In this document: positions 11,060-24,434 of the stretch, piece by piece | Layout of the letters: every line of letters starts with the position of its first letter | Position numbering within the stretch: position 1 is the stretch's first letter | From: Camelus ferus | Lineage: Eukaryota | Reading direction: 5' to 3' | NCBI RefSeq assembly: GCF_009834535.1 | Contig: NC_045697.1 | Span: 59,088,001-59,152,000, forward strand | Length of the DNA stretch: 64,000 nucleotides | Position numbers and translations under genes: made by a program | Notes under the pieces: generated by a model | Database searches by the model: none | What the model was told of the DNA's origin: nothing | Seen by the model: the letters and a program-made list of their open reading frames with translations, nothing else

Positions 11060-14000
11060 GAAGTGCTTCAAGTAGCAAAGCAAAATAGATTTTACTATAG
11101 CTTTATTTAATGCCATGCTTCGGAAAAAATCACAAATCAGTTTCATTAAATCTAAGCAAAGATACATTTAAAACTTGGCAAAGGTAACTATGCTAATGAT
11201 GAATGACTATTTCTCTACCTATCTGGTACCACCAGTCGGTATATTACATGATAAGATTTAATCTATTCAAACTGGAAACAAATGGGCTCTGTACAGAGTT
11301 CAAGTGCATGATAGTTAAATTTCTCAAAATCAGACCTATTGTTCTCCAAGTCTCTTTTAGAAATCCCTTCTAAAAAGAGCACACACAAGAGAACAGGGAG
11401 GAGAATGTAAAATGCACTAACAAAGCATATGTGCTACTAAAAAGGGAGAAAAAGAACATCTGAATTCTTACTCCACCTTGATCTTCTAATTAAAATCAGT
11501 CATACAGCAGACACTGCACCTGCCAGCCAAAAGTTTATAATGAACAGAGAGACTTACTGCAGAGTCTCTTATCAGTGTAGCTCCCTTGGGGACAAAAATA
11601 TTGATCCCTTTCATTGAATAAATACTAAAGTAACAACAAGAATCCATTATGTCTGACCTAACAAGAATTTTTAATTGAACAAGGTACTATCTGAATGGCC
11701 AAGAAGCACTGGATATACTATCACTTAGCATTCACCTCTTAAAGCTCTAAGCGTAAAGGGCAAATAATGAATAATTATTCATTTTCCCAAGAGCGCTCCC
11801 CAAATAAATGTCCTTAGTTTTAAAGAATTAATATAGTTTTTGCCATCTGAAAAACTCAGTCGTATTTTCAATAGGATAGTAGCAGTTTATTTCTCAAGAA
11901 ACTGTCTTGCCCAATTAATAAATGATGTATTACAGGTCTAACATTTAATTTTACATGATGTCTTTTTCCAAATATGTGTCAAATTTTAATATGTTGCACA
12001 TAACTAGAATAAAATGAAACAGAAGGCCATTTCTTTTCCTTTAGACTAGGTTATTAGCACCAAAAAGGTATGCCAGCAACTCGACATTAAATATTTCATA
12101 AGGCATTTCCATAGGAAATTATGATATCTGAAAATCTTCTTTAAACCACAGAACTAACCTCCAAAAATGGCTGAGCCTAATAAATTTTTCTACACTTTAT
12201 TAGACCCTAGACTAAAACATAACTGATAGTAAGAAGATGTAAATTTGGTTAGTCAACAAGTAAAATGGATAACTGTTCTTGAGATAAAGTTCTCTTTTCT
12301 GCATCTACAAAGAGGGAAAAAAGTGAATTCAGGAGAGAAAACCTGCAGTTATTTCAAATTGAAATATTAGGCCTGTGATTTTACACTAAGAAGCTGACTT
12401 TGTTCACTCAAAATATAGATACTTTTCAAAAGAACTGAAGCAATATTAACTTACTAAGACATACCGTTTTCTCCCTAAACTACTTAGACTTTTTTTCATT
12501 TTGATCAGTTAATAAATTGGATTCATAACAAAAGCAAAATAAATTTTATAGACTCTCTCTAAAAAGTGAATCCCTATGTTTTAAGAAAACAATCATACAT
12601 GGGATTATAAAAAATGGCACATTGGCCAATCCGATAATTATACATATTCACAACTTCAAAAATCAGTTATCGATGTTCTCTTGCCAAGACTGTGGACTAA
12701 GAGCATGCTCATGTGCTTCCACAAAGCTTACCTGATTAAGATTCTGTATTTTCAAAAGCATTTCAACACCACCCTGTAGATACTGGTACACTGCTTATTA
12801 TATAAATACAATACTTTAATCAAAAGTATCAAAATAAAAATGTGAAGACAACTGAAATATTCCATGCCCAATTCCGATCTGGGACAGATGATGCCTTGAC
12901 TGAAACAGATCCAGAGATTCAGTCCATGTACAGCCTGCCTTTTATTGAGTAGCTCAAAGACTGTGTGAGCCAGGACCTGAAAGGGAGAGACATCCTTTTT
13001 GATGTTAACCGTGATGTTAGGAGAGGGATAGCCTCTTTATTTACCAAGCTGACATCAACTCGCTTTAAATGTTCTTCCTAGTCTGTGATGGAATGTTGAG
13101 GGTAGCTTTTAGGTGAGCTACGATCAAAAGAAAGATGAGAAAACTGACCCTCTCAGTGCAAATGAATCAAATCTGGGCCGCCTCAATTCTCCAGGGCTGA
13201 TGCAGCAGGAGAAAGGAGGAAGGTGTCTCAGGTTGGCCAGTCTCTGAGATGGTACAGTGGTGTTACAAGTACTCTCTCTGTGTAACTCTTACTTAAAACA
13301 TATAAATCTTTTGGAGAGGAGGGGGCCGAGACTTTTATTCATGCTAAGTTGCAGCTGTGACCCTTACTGAAAATAAATACTGGTTGATGGCTCTTAAATA
13401 TCACATGCCAGCAATTTATTTTATAAGATGTTAATTTTGTTTTTAGAAAAGGTTATTATAAATATATTCCAATAGAGTTGAAAGCTTAATTTTCCAACTA
13501 GAACGGTAACTGCTTTCATGCATGCAACTGGAGTCTGTTGAAATCTTTTCAATACGTTTTAAAATATGGCATTCAACACATCAAAATTGCAATTAAGCTC
13601 AGAATTATAATACTTAGAAAAATATAATAAAATACTATCCAAACTAAATTAAAATTCATTTATTAGCAGTAGTCCAGCACATTTTCATTACTAAATGTAC
13701 AATTCTGAACACTAACTCTCCACTGCCTTACAATAATGTTCCTGTGAATTTATTGTTAAAGAACGAAGGCGCTGACACTAGTCCATGGCTTACTTTAATT
13801 ACTGGATTACTATCATTTGGATCAAAACAATGTTTGAGTCAGGCATAAATATTTTGGGAATGATTAGATTCTTCTGACATATAAGACCATTTTCACTTTA
13901 GAAAAATGAATGACTAGAGCAGAAAAATTACTTCCTGAAAATCCTTATCCCTGTATTTTTTAGAGTAGTCTATCAAAATGTATGTCCCACAAATCTCAGT

Positions 14001-16424
14001 ATGGGATCCACTGCAGAACATTCCCTGTCCATAAATTCTTGTCCAAGGATGTCCAAAAACATCCAGTAAGGATTGAGTGAATCAAAGCAATATACGACAA
14101 ATCTCCTTTTCCAATAGAAATGTTAAAATTGAATGGCATGTTCTTAAGAGTCTAGAATGCCTACTCTCTCAAAATCTCCCCCAAATAAAAGAGTGAACTT
14201 TTTATTCTGCCTTACGAATACGTATGAGTACAAATTAATCTTTCTAAAGTATCCCTACATGCATTCAAAAGTTAATATTGTAGTGAAGTGCAGAAAAAGC
14301 CTAGAGAACGGAGCTCCGTCCAAAGCAGTCCCAAGTCACAAAAACCATGAAGTGGAGAGTCAAGTCCAGGACAGGAAGACCCTGAGAATACAGTTGTGCA
14401 GGTGGAGGAGGCATGAGGGAGAAGCCCAGAGAATCTCTCTGAACATGACATCACTGTCAGACTGACTACAAAAACAAAACTATAACCTGAAATGGTACAA
14501 ATTACTGTGGAGTTTGCCACCAAATTGTAACTGCCTGAATAAGAATCTGGAAAATATATCAAGACCAAAAGATGTAATATTCAAAAGTTAATATGGCAGA
14601 ATTCCTTATGAAATTCCCACCACTGTGGATAATTTTCCCAAATATCTATGTGCATCACTATCTGTTTTTTGCAAGGACTAAGGAGAAGACAAATTCCAAA
14701 ATGCAAATTTTAAAACTCATTATTTTAAGTTAATCTCTTTTAACTTTGACTGAAATTGTACTGAAGGTCAAAAATCTTAGCCTGAAGCTAATTTTTCACA
14801 TTATCTTCCTATGTGTGCCAGGACCTCCCACTGACTAGAGCTGACTGACCTCCACAGTATGTTATATTGTTTTTATTTTAAAAGTCAGTTTGATTCAGCA
14901 CTTTTCATCCTTGTTCAAGGCTAGTAAATTTCAAAACTTGTCCATTTTAGACAATTATCTTTTTCCTCCCCTAGCAAAACTCCTGGTGTTATACTTTTTT
15001 TTTTAATCTTATATTACTTAGAGCTTTTGCTCACAGAGATTAGAAGTTGTTTACAACAAGAGTTGTACCCATTACAATCTTCTGCCGCTGTTCAAAGCCA
15101 CCTTATCAACTACTCTCCTCCTTTTATTAGACCAGAAAGATAGGAAATAACTGCCACTGTCACGAGGTAGACATAAAATGAAGAAGATACAGCCTAGAAT
15201 CCTCAGGGATACGGCAGCCCTGCCACAGAGCCAGGGAAAAGTGAGTCAATCAAAACCAGCTTAGAAATAACCCTTTTAACTGTGAACATGATAAGTAAAC
15301 ACCATCAGCAGCTGATGAACTATTACTTACTAAAATCCAGTATCCATAGCCATGATAGAAGAGTTTTTAGCAAGTTGCTCTTCGGTAAATTCTATTTTTT
15401 TCAGAAATATAAAACATATTAATCAAGTTGATACAATTAATAAAGTTTCACTCAAATATATATGTGTATAAAGATAACATCTATTGACCATTCATGTGAG
15501 CATATCTTGAATTGCCTCTTACTAGCATGATCAACAATACAACTTCACAGATGACTGGCTGTAGCGATGGCACATACGATGCCCTTTATTAACACACACC
15601 CCTCCTGGGACCTCTGACCTGAATCTTCCTAGCTTGTATTGGTACTTACTCAAAAGGCTTTGTTTATTTAAAGAAACACTTTTTTTTCCAGATATAATGT
15701 ATACTTTCAACAGTGTGTGTTTTTTCCCCCTCTCCCATTCTGGAGAGCACAAAACATAACACATTTTCAGTCCTAGCAGTAACGGTCATAGGTCAATTAT
15801 ACCACTGATAATTTGGCATTTCATGAGGAAAGAAGTATGTTTGACCAAGTTTTCAATGTCTTTCAAGCACAGCATTTATCATTATGGATTTGAAATTTGA
15901 TCTAAAGAAAGCAAACCTGTATGTAATACCCACTGGTCTTGCTTTTGCTGAATACACACATCAGTGACTTTTAGAAAGGAAAAAAAGGAGAGAGGGATAA
16001 TCTGAATTTTAATGGATTTAGAAAGACAGAATATCTTTCATATCTTACGATATGTCTCAAACATATTTTGTCATGTCTTTCTAACTATATAATCATGCTG
16101 AGCAAAATCTGAATCCAGATAACATGGTCCTCTGCTATGTTGCCCATTTGGAGTTCTGTGTGGAGTAGGTAGTTTAAGAAACAGGTTAATTAACACAGCT
16201 GCGATCTACACAGAACATTTTCTAGGCTAAGACCATTTCAATTCAGCTCCCCTAGAAATCAGTTGACTGGAATTCTTGGCTTTCTCCCAGGCAGTTTCTT
16301 AAAAAGGTTACCAGCTTAATTGAATGAAATCAGTGTCTGCAAACGTCAACAATTATCTTTAGAGCAATACTTGTTATTAGCCTGAACAAAATCAAAGTTA
16401 GAAACCAACCACAATGATTTATGG

Positions 16425-16490
16425 AGCAGTGATTCCCAATACTGGCCAGTTTGATTGCATCCGTAACTAGTATGGAAGCTTCCTGAAATC
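16425..16490. mobile_element. Possible MER5-type hAT-Charlie fragment
   Basis: gagcagtgattcccaatact...tgattgcatc...ggaagcttcctgaaat resembles a MER5A end. Confidence 0.35.
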
Positions 16491-17649
16491 TACTTGTTTT
16501 TTCTTTCATGCAGACACCACACAGATAACCAAGGATATCAACAAGTCTATCTCAAAATGATTTCCATTTGTTTCAAAGAAAGTCAAAATTAACCTGGAAC
16601 AAACGAGGAAAATCTACTCAAAATGGATAAATAAGCACAGTCTATTTTATCCACAATCATGATGCACTCTACATTACGTTTGCTCTTAGCCGGTCACCTC
16701 TACTTTATGGCAAGTTTGGTTCTCGTATTTCAGTACTTATGTCTCCCTGGCCCTGGAAACTTTTTGATTCGTTTGAGAAACTAGTGCCCACAAGTTTTGA
16801 TGGATAGAATTTGAAATGACGGAGTACCATAGTCCTAATCACGTTGCACTGAATGCCTCATTACACGACTTGCAGCACATCACGTATCATATAAGGCTTT
16901 TTCTGGCACCTTACAGTAGACAGACACTCCATCCAAATGAGAAAGTTTAGAAATATTTTTCCTTCCTGCAACATGAAGGGCTAGAATTACATATAGAAAT
17001 TCAGAGATCAGACTTTTCCAGAGTCTTTTAAAAATTGTACTAGCTATAAAGACAACTGCTTTATAATTTATATTTAATTACAGCTAAGATTAAAAGGATT
17101 AAACCCCAATCACCAGGTTATTTCTCTTAGGAATTTCCCATTTTTTTAAATGCCAAAGTGAATTAACGAATTATTTTAAATCCCTTCTTTCTGGGAAAAT
17201 TAGTGGTATCTTTACTGCAAAGCTCAATTTTTGTAAGTAATACTTTATACACTGTCAATCTCATTCCTGTTATTTTCATTTAATGATGTTAACAAAATGG
17301 CATATAGTATACCTAGGAAATAATATAGCAGAAAGCAAATCGAGGATAAATTGTTTTTGCAACAACTTTACATTTACCTAACATTTTAGTTTAGTTATTC
17401 ATTATCTCTCTAGTGCATTGCATTCAACAATTTTCAGAAACCTCAAATATGAAATGTTCACCTTTATGCTAGAGTCTAAACTCATCTAAATATGCACAGT
17501 TCCTAACGCACCTGGGCACTACTGAGTAAGCATTCCTTGCACTACCACTTGAAAGCTGAGGTGCTGGCAGTCTGTCCAGAAGTATTTTAAAAGACATACC
17601 CTCTTATGGTTGAGTCACAGCAGTCTTTAAGAGTGGTGGCAGTGCATCA

Positions 17650-18380
17650 CAGGATAAAAATAATGAACTGATTTTTTATTGTTCAAAATTAAGAAAGACA
17701 AAAAGTCTCTAGTTCTTGGCGAACAGGGGGCATTGTATAAAGTAGGACAAAATTAGAGAAAAGAGAGAAGTCCTCTGCTCATTTTTTTTCTCTTTTCTCT
17801 ATCAAGGTAAAATACTCTTAATATTGACTATTATATAACAAGTATGACTAGGAGAAAACTAGGGCCCAAAATTGAGAAGAAAATGGAAAGAAACCAAGGA
17901 GGAAATTTTTTTAAAAATTCAGGGCCAGGCAAGAAGCAGCCCAATTTAGTCAAAGATCAGACAGTGGTGATTACTAATATACTGTTGAGTAAATGTGAAA
18001 ACCAGCACTGCCTGAATTTTTTCAAAAGAATGACATCTATATAAAACACAAGGCTAAAGTTAATAGCTCTTCCTGGCAAAATTGGAACAGATATGAAATA
18101 GAATTAGCAATTACAGGGGAAGCGGTGATTCCTAGGAAAGTCAGGCCAAATCAACTTTATTTTCTAATTTTGAGAGAGTTACTCCTATCAGGCAGAATTC
18201 TAATACTCAGTATGCTGAATTTCATAAAGGCCTTTATTTAAAAAAAAATAAAATAAAATGCATAATGCAAAAGAATGAAAATCATGTCATAATTACATAA
18301 TTAAGAGATGGTTAAATGACACCACATCAATGGCTATGAATGAGCACAGATTTCCCAGAATCTCTGGCACTGCTAAAAAA
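17650..18380 (+). mobile_element. L3/CR1 LINE ORF2 relic
   Basis: Decayed CR1 ORF2 motifs in the expected order: EKAELLNSFF-like (gagaaaagagagaagtcctctgctcatttttt, about 17756), SCQTNLISFFDRVT-like (aagtcaggccaaatcaactttattttctaattttgagagagttact, about 18138) and YLDFSKAF-like (gtatgctgaatttcataaaggcctt, about 18210). Many stops and frameshifts. Confidence 0.65.
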
Positions 18381-18489
18381 TACAAATAATAAGTTTCATA
18401 ACTATTTCATATTAAAGATGACCCTCATAGGTAAGTCTGGATTACTTCAACCTGGAATAATGTTGAAAGTCGAACCTTCTAACCATGGT

Positions 18490-18840
18490 TTGCTAAGTCC
18501 TTCCCTGATCTCTGTTTTATCTCTTCAATCTATTATCCCTCGCATCTATACCTCCCACAGAAGTCTAAGGGCAAGTTCCACCATTCAGGTGTTTGAAAGA
18601 ACAGTCCTCACTTAGCTTCAGATCCTTCCTTCTGTCTCAAATACTTTTGTCCCCACGCTTTGCACCGCAAATCCTCGATCTTTTAGAACTCAGTTCAGGA
18701 TGTTACTTCTTTTCAAAGATGTTATCCTTGACAGCCCTGGCTGGTTCCAAAGTCCTTGTAAATTCTAAATTGAAACACTGCATTGTACTTTGTATCATAC
18801 TTTACTATTTACTATGATTCTTTAATCATTTGTCTCTTTT
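18490..18840 (+). mobile_element. L2 fragment
   Basis: Pyrimidine-rich L2 3' region: tttagaactcagttcaggatgttacttcttttcaaagatgttatccttgacagccc. Confidence 0.55.
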
Positions 18841-18842
18841 AT

Positions 18843-18990
18843 TCAGCACTGTGCTTGTGAATCAGCTCTTGAAAAAATAAAGATCCCTGATTTGCGGTGT
18901 TTATCAATTTCCTTAGCAAAATATCACCCCCCACCAACTTCCACCCTCCCACACACACACATCAGGGCCAACTTCAAAATAGTAACCAAT
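18843..18990. mobile_element. MER63-like hAT DNA transposon fragment
   Basis: cagcactgtgcttgtgaa...cagctct...ccctgatttgcggtgtttatcaatttcc...ggccaacttcaa resembles recalled MER63 terminal sequence. Confidence 0.5.
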
Positions 18991-19104
18991 TAAATCCTTA
19001 AAATCATCTTGTTAAATTGGTATTTTTCTCTTAGTGCAGATGAAGAACCTCAATTTGGCTGCAGAAGATTTCAAAGGTCCGAAACAGGTCTCTCAGTCCA
19101 AGTC

Positions 19105-19290
19105 ATAGCTAAATTTGTATGCACGTTTCACTTACTCTACTTAATTCTCACAAACACCATGAAGTACATATTTATGGATAAAAAAATATTAAATAACTTT
19201 TCCAAAATCAGAAAGGACATAAGTATCAAAAATAAGAGGCAAATTCACACTGTTGACATTGAAGCCTCTGTCCTCACCACTGCGCTCTAC
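19105..19290 (-). mobile_element. MIR SINE (degenerate)
   Basis: cttaattctcacaaacaccatgaagta...ttaaataactttTccaaaatca...gcctctgtcctcaccactgcgctctac. Confidence 0.55.
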
Positions 19291-19579
19291 TTCTGACATG
19301 AGCTGTACTTCTCTACACGCTCTAGTGTTTTCATTATTTATTAACAAGTTAATCAAGCAATGTCCAGGGAAAAGAAGAGAAATGTACACTTTGGGTTCTT
19401 TCTATAAACAGCTGTTGGCTAAGTGCTTTGGTAGGAGATATAGAATTTATACAATTCATTTGAGCCTTTATCTAGTCTACCTTTTATCCATAAAGTATAA
19501 AATAACCAAATCATTATTATGATCCCAGTACCCTTCAAAACTTTCACATCTTTACAGGTTTAATATTCGATGAAACCAT

Positions 19580-19810
19580 CTTCAAATATATGAATTAATT
19601 TAATCTCCTCTGACTCTGGCCTCCTGTGGTATAATATCTACTATGTCCATCACCCATTTTGACATTTAATCATACACATCTCGTAAACACCAATGAAACT
19701 GAAGTTCCTTGATTGTAAGAACCGTCTTTATCCTTCTTTGGGAATCCCTGAAGCCTCTAGCACCATGTTAGACACTAAGCACTTATCAAATGTTTCCTAA
19801 ATTGAATCAT
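19580..19810 (+). mobile_element. L2 3' end
   Basis: aactgaagttccttgattgtaagaaccgtctttatcc...ctagcaccatgttagacactaagcacttatcaaatgtt...ttgaat. Confidence 0.7.
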
Positions 19811-20689
19811 AAAGTAATGATTTTTGAAACTGTAGAAAAGAGGAAATCTAATATGACACTGGCATATATCTCAGTAACCTATTTGAATCTGCACTGATTT
19901 GCATCATTTTATAATAGAATCTCATAGATTTCCAATGAATGTGTTTTAGAATATAAATATGTTCAAAGAAAAAAAAAAGGTACAAAAGAAAGACACAAAA
20001 AGGCAACAATATCCTCGTCCTCCTTTCTCTCACCATGTCACTGAGAGACAAGGGCTGACTTGCAGCTCAGTGACACTTCATGCAAGAAAACACTGAGAGG
20101 ACAAAACACTAGGCTCAGAGAAAAAGTGCTTTGCTGTGTTGCCTAGATTTAGGAAGAAGCCTGACAAATTCTGATTGTCAAGTTGTCATGCTGTTTGTCT
20201 TGATTTAAAAGTAATTAAATACAGTGACAATGGGAAGATGCTGGTGGAAGATTTTATTGGAATATATCGTGAATTAGTTTTGAGATAAGCTCAACTGATG
20301 GAGAAGCATGAAGTGATATTAAGAACTAACAAAGCAAACAGTGGAGTGCTTAAAAATCTTGGCATGCAGAGAGGAAAGGCCACATTAGTATATTCTTACC
20401 TTGGACATGAGATAAAAGGAAGCAAAGTGTATGAGGACTATTTTTGCACTTGCAATATTCAGTATTATCTAATTGTACTTCCAAAACTGTTACTTTATTT
20501 TTTAGTATATATATATGAATAATATGTGATTATTGCTGAAGTAGTTAAACTTATCTACTGTCTACAGACACACTGTTGTTACAGGTCTAAGGGCTAAAAA
20601 GGAATGGCTATGAAGAGTACTCTAACTTTACTTTTCCTCCGGTTAGATGTCTCAGGAATGTCAATGACTATTAATTGATTTCAAGAACA

Positions 20690-20860
20690 TTGACTGAACT
20701 TTTACTATGTGCTTGATACAGAACTAAGCACTTCATATGTATTCTGTTATTTAAATAGTATAACAATCAGGAAGCAGATACTAACTGAATTGCCCTCCTA
20801 CAAGGAAAAAAAAGAGATCAGGAAGGTAGGTAACATAACATCCTCAAGGTCACACATCCC
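20690..20860 (-). mobile_element. MIR SINE
   Basis: tactatgtgcttgatacagaactaagcacttcatatg...ggaaggtaggtaac...ctcaaggtcacaca. Confidence 0.6.
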
Positions 20861-21576
20861 AGAAGAGATCAAAAACTTGCCCCTAAGGCCCCATGAACCA
20901 CCCTTTGAGGATGTAACATATGCCATGTGCCTGTGCATCCCTGGTGGGTTCTAAATATTGCAAGAGCTGTATACAGAAAGGACTCTAGTACAGTTGGGAA
21001 AATGATCATCAGTGCCAGGTTCGTGGTGGCTTGTAGAGCAAAAAGCATCCTCATTTGGGGATTCTTTGATGTTACAAGAAGGAGGTCTTTCTTACTGGAA
21101 CCCAGACTAAATGTCATCAAGGGATCTGTTCCATGAGTCCATTCAGTGTTAACAAGAGTCCCTGGGGTTACCAGTGTTTTAGTATTGGTGGGGTACAAAT
21201 GCTAACACTCAGTCTAAGGTTTACAAAAAATACTAGTCCAACAAGGGGGCTGGCAGCTAACGTGAGGAACTTGAAGGACCCTAACCTGTACCTATTCACT
21301 CATCTCTTCTTACTCTGGGGATAAACAGGCAGTTGAGACCACATACGTATTTCCCTCACAAAGCAACGGCTGTGCTTTCTGCCCAAAAGTGCACCTGCAC
21401 AATGTATACACACACACAGACACACACACAGCTCTACCTCAAGTAAGCAAAGTGGAACAAAAAGTGGTATGAAGTGAAATAATCTTTAATAAGTTCATAT
21501 AAACTGATACAGAACACCAATGACAACATAATAACATTATAATATTTTATCTGATTTTTATGTCAAGACTGTTAAC

Positions 21577-22556
21577 ATACAGATGGCACATGAAAAGATG
21601 CTCAGTATCACTAATTATCAGAAAAATGCAAATCAAAACTACTGTGAGGTTATCACCTCACATTGGTTAGAATGGCGATCATTCAGAAGTCCACAAATGA
21701 TAAATGCTGGAGAGAGTGTGGAGAAAAGGGAACCCTCCTACACTGTTAGTGGGAATGTAATTTGTGGTGTAATAATGGTGCAACCACTATGAAAAAAGGT
21801 ATGAAGATTCCTTAAAAAACTAATAGAGTTACCATATGATCCAGCAATCCCACTCCTGGGCATATATCCAGAGGAAACCCCCCCAAAAAAGATACATGCA
21901 TCTCAATGTTCACAACAACACTATTTACAATATCTAAGACATGGAAGCAACCTATATGCCCATCTATAGATGACTGCATAAAGAAGATGTGTGTGTGTGT
22001 GTATGTGTGTGTGTGTGTATGTGTGTATAAAATATGTGCGTGTATACTATATTATAATATATAGTATATTATATATAATTACATATATTATATAGTGGAA
22101 TACTACTCAGCCATGAAAAAGAATGAAATAATGCCATTTGCAGCAACATGGATGGACCTAGAGATTATCATATTGAGAGAAGCAGGCCATAAAGAGAAAG
22201 ACATATACTACATGATATCACTTACATGTGGAATCTTAAAAAAACGACATAAATGAACTTATTTACAAAACAGAAGCAGACTCACAGACACAGAAAACAA
22301 ACTTATGGTTACCAGGTTGGGCGGGGTGGGTGGATAAATTAGGAGTTCAGGATTTACAGATACCAAATACTATATATAAAATATATAAAATAAACAACAA
22401 GGTCTTACAGTACAGCACAGAGAACTATATCCAATATCTTGTAAAAACCTACAATAAAAGGAATATGAAAAGGAATATATATGTATATATGAATCACTAT
22501 GCTGTACACACAAAAAAATAACAACATTGTAAATCAACTATAGTTCAGTTAAAAAA
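21577..22556 (+). mobile_element. 5'-truncated L1 (ORF2 C-terminal end, 3' UTR, polyA), cetartiodactyl-type
   Basis: gcacatgaaaagatgctca...aatgcaaatcaaaactac...ggagaaaagggaaccctcctacactg...ccatatgatccagcaatcccactcctgggcatatatcca...acattgtaaatcaactata plus A-tail. Perfect 12-bp TSD aagactgttaac at 21565-21576 and 22557-22568. ORF 21583..21792 is a frameshifted ORF2 remnant. Confidence 0.95.
21988..22027. repeat. Imperfect (TG)n microsatellite inside the L1
   Basis: TG run with two TA interruptions. Confidence 0.9.
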
Positions 22557-24099
22557 AAGACTGTTAACGATCATCAATATTAGGTTTTTTAACTGAATGT
22601 TAATACTTACCTCCCTCATCTAAATCCAGCACTCACAGAATGCATTTAAAGTGCTCCTGAGTTGTCCTATTTAGTATGTCCAATTCACTGAACACTGATC
22701 ATTTTAAATACATACCTGGCCTATGAGATTCACAGGCCCACACAATATAAACTTGCTACCAAAGGATCACTATGGTTTTTAAAATAACAATAATAAACAG
22801 CATTAATTAGAAACCATGAATAAACATTAATACTATTGTTTCAGATAACTTTTTCTTCTCTTCAAAATCTGGAAGCAAATCAAATTTTTTATTTCTTCCA
22901 ACAGAGTTAAAAATTGGACCAAGATCAGCTTCTTGACATTGTGATCCATCACGGACTACAATATTATTCACAGGAGGGCCAATGTGTCAGAGACAGACTT
23001 GGCAATATGGATCAAATAGACATACTGCATTTCAATTCTGAGGAATTCAAGATATTGAAAGGTGAAATAAATGCACTGAATACATTTTACAATGAAACTG
23101 CCTCTAAGGACTAAGAGTAAGATTTGTCATTGGCTTTGTGGAATGTACGTGAAGCTTTTTTCTGTACGCTTCTGTGTTCAGCTGGGCATACTGTGTTCTA
23201 ATTTTCACATTTCAATTCATCCTGAAATTTGATTATGTGTGTGTGTAAAATATCCCAAACATATGAAATAAGAATGGCAATCGCAAAAATGTTAAAGTTT
23301 TTAAAGGAAAATATTAAATTTAGTTTTTCAAAGACACAGATTCTTTTTCCACAAATACAAATGACAGGATCTGAAACTACACGTAGTCAAATGCATTATA
23401 AATTTGACTGGCTTTGCCTTTAAACATGTGATTCTTCCCTGGATGTCCTCAATCATCCTAAGAGTTTAGAAACTCAGTTTGTTCTAGATCATACTTAATG
23501 AAAAACAAAAATTAACATAAAGTAAAGCAACCACAAAGCAGGGTAAAAATGTGCTTTCTGTGTTTGATTTCCTGTTTATTAACTCAACAATAGTTCTTCA
23601 CACAAAACAAACACACAAAAGGAGCTAAATTTTGGAGATTTATCTTGAAAGATATGAATGATATTCCTAAAAATGTCAAGTATTTTTATTGGTTCACACA
23701 GAGGGGGAAAAAAATGTTAGTAATTACTGATACCACCTCAGAGAAAACTGTTGGAGTTTTAGTAAAATCTAGTCAGCTTGGCATAAAGGTAATTTCTGAT
23801 TTACTTTTAAATTCTCTACCAACTAAGTACCAAACATGCACTTCAGGAGTGTAGAGCAATAAGGAAACACCCACAAACAAGGACAGAAGAGGCATATATT
23901 TTTTAATTAATGGTGTAAAAAATAATAGATAATTAAAAGGCAGCCAAACAACTAATGATCATACCGGCTTAGAATTCTCCATCAGAGAAGGACCACTCAA
24001 CTGGAAAGAGCAGAAGGAAAACTGGTCAGAAGGAAAGGTGAAGCTGAAGATAAGAAATGTGTTTTGCGAAATACTCTGCTGCTGGCAAAGTGTTCCAAT

Positions 24100-24350
24100 C
24101 TCCTGGACCATTTGATTAAAGAGCAGGTTTTTTGAGAGGACTTGCAAAATAGATCCAACAAATGCAGTGATCTTTGAAGGAACTTAAAAGACTGGCGAGG
24201 GGCCAGAAGACATCAAGCAGGCTCAGACGAATGCATTTTCAGTTTGCAGAAGAGGAGAAGAGTAAATTCTTCAAAATATCGACAGAAGAGTTTCTCATTA
24301 TTCTTTAAAAAGCTTCCATAACAACTTATTAGGAACTGATTTGTATGGTG
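24100..24350 (+). mobile_element. L3/CR1 LINE ORF2 relic
   Basis: cagtgatctttgaaggaact...gactggcgaggggccagaagac gives VIFE...TGEGPED, resembling CR1 SIIFEKSWRTGEVPEDW. Confidence 0.6.
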
Positions 24351-24434
24351 CCAGAGCAGGATTTATTGTTTGTCAGGGGCCGTCCTGGCTACACTAAGTA
24401 TGAGTTACCTGAAATGCAGTGATGAGAGACAGAC

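Noticed and set aside
20869..21324. Overlapping ORFs on both strands near 21 kb
   Set aside because: No recognisable protein and no convincing splice-site pair.
21583..21792. 69-aa ORF as a cellular gene
   Set aside because: It is a frameshifted L1 ORF2 C-terminal remnant inside a TSD-bounded L1.
22904..23116. Plus-strand exon-like segment (acceptor ttcttccaacag|, ORF 22914..23114, donor |gtaaga)
   Set aside because: All three frames entered from the acceptor hit a stop within about 40 nt. The ORF starts at TTG and I recognise no homologue.
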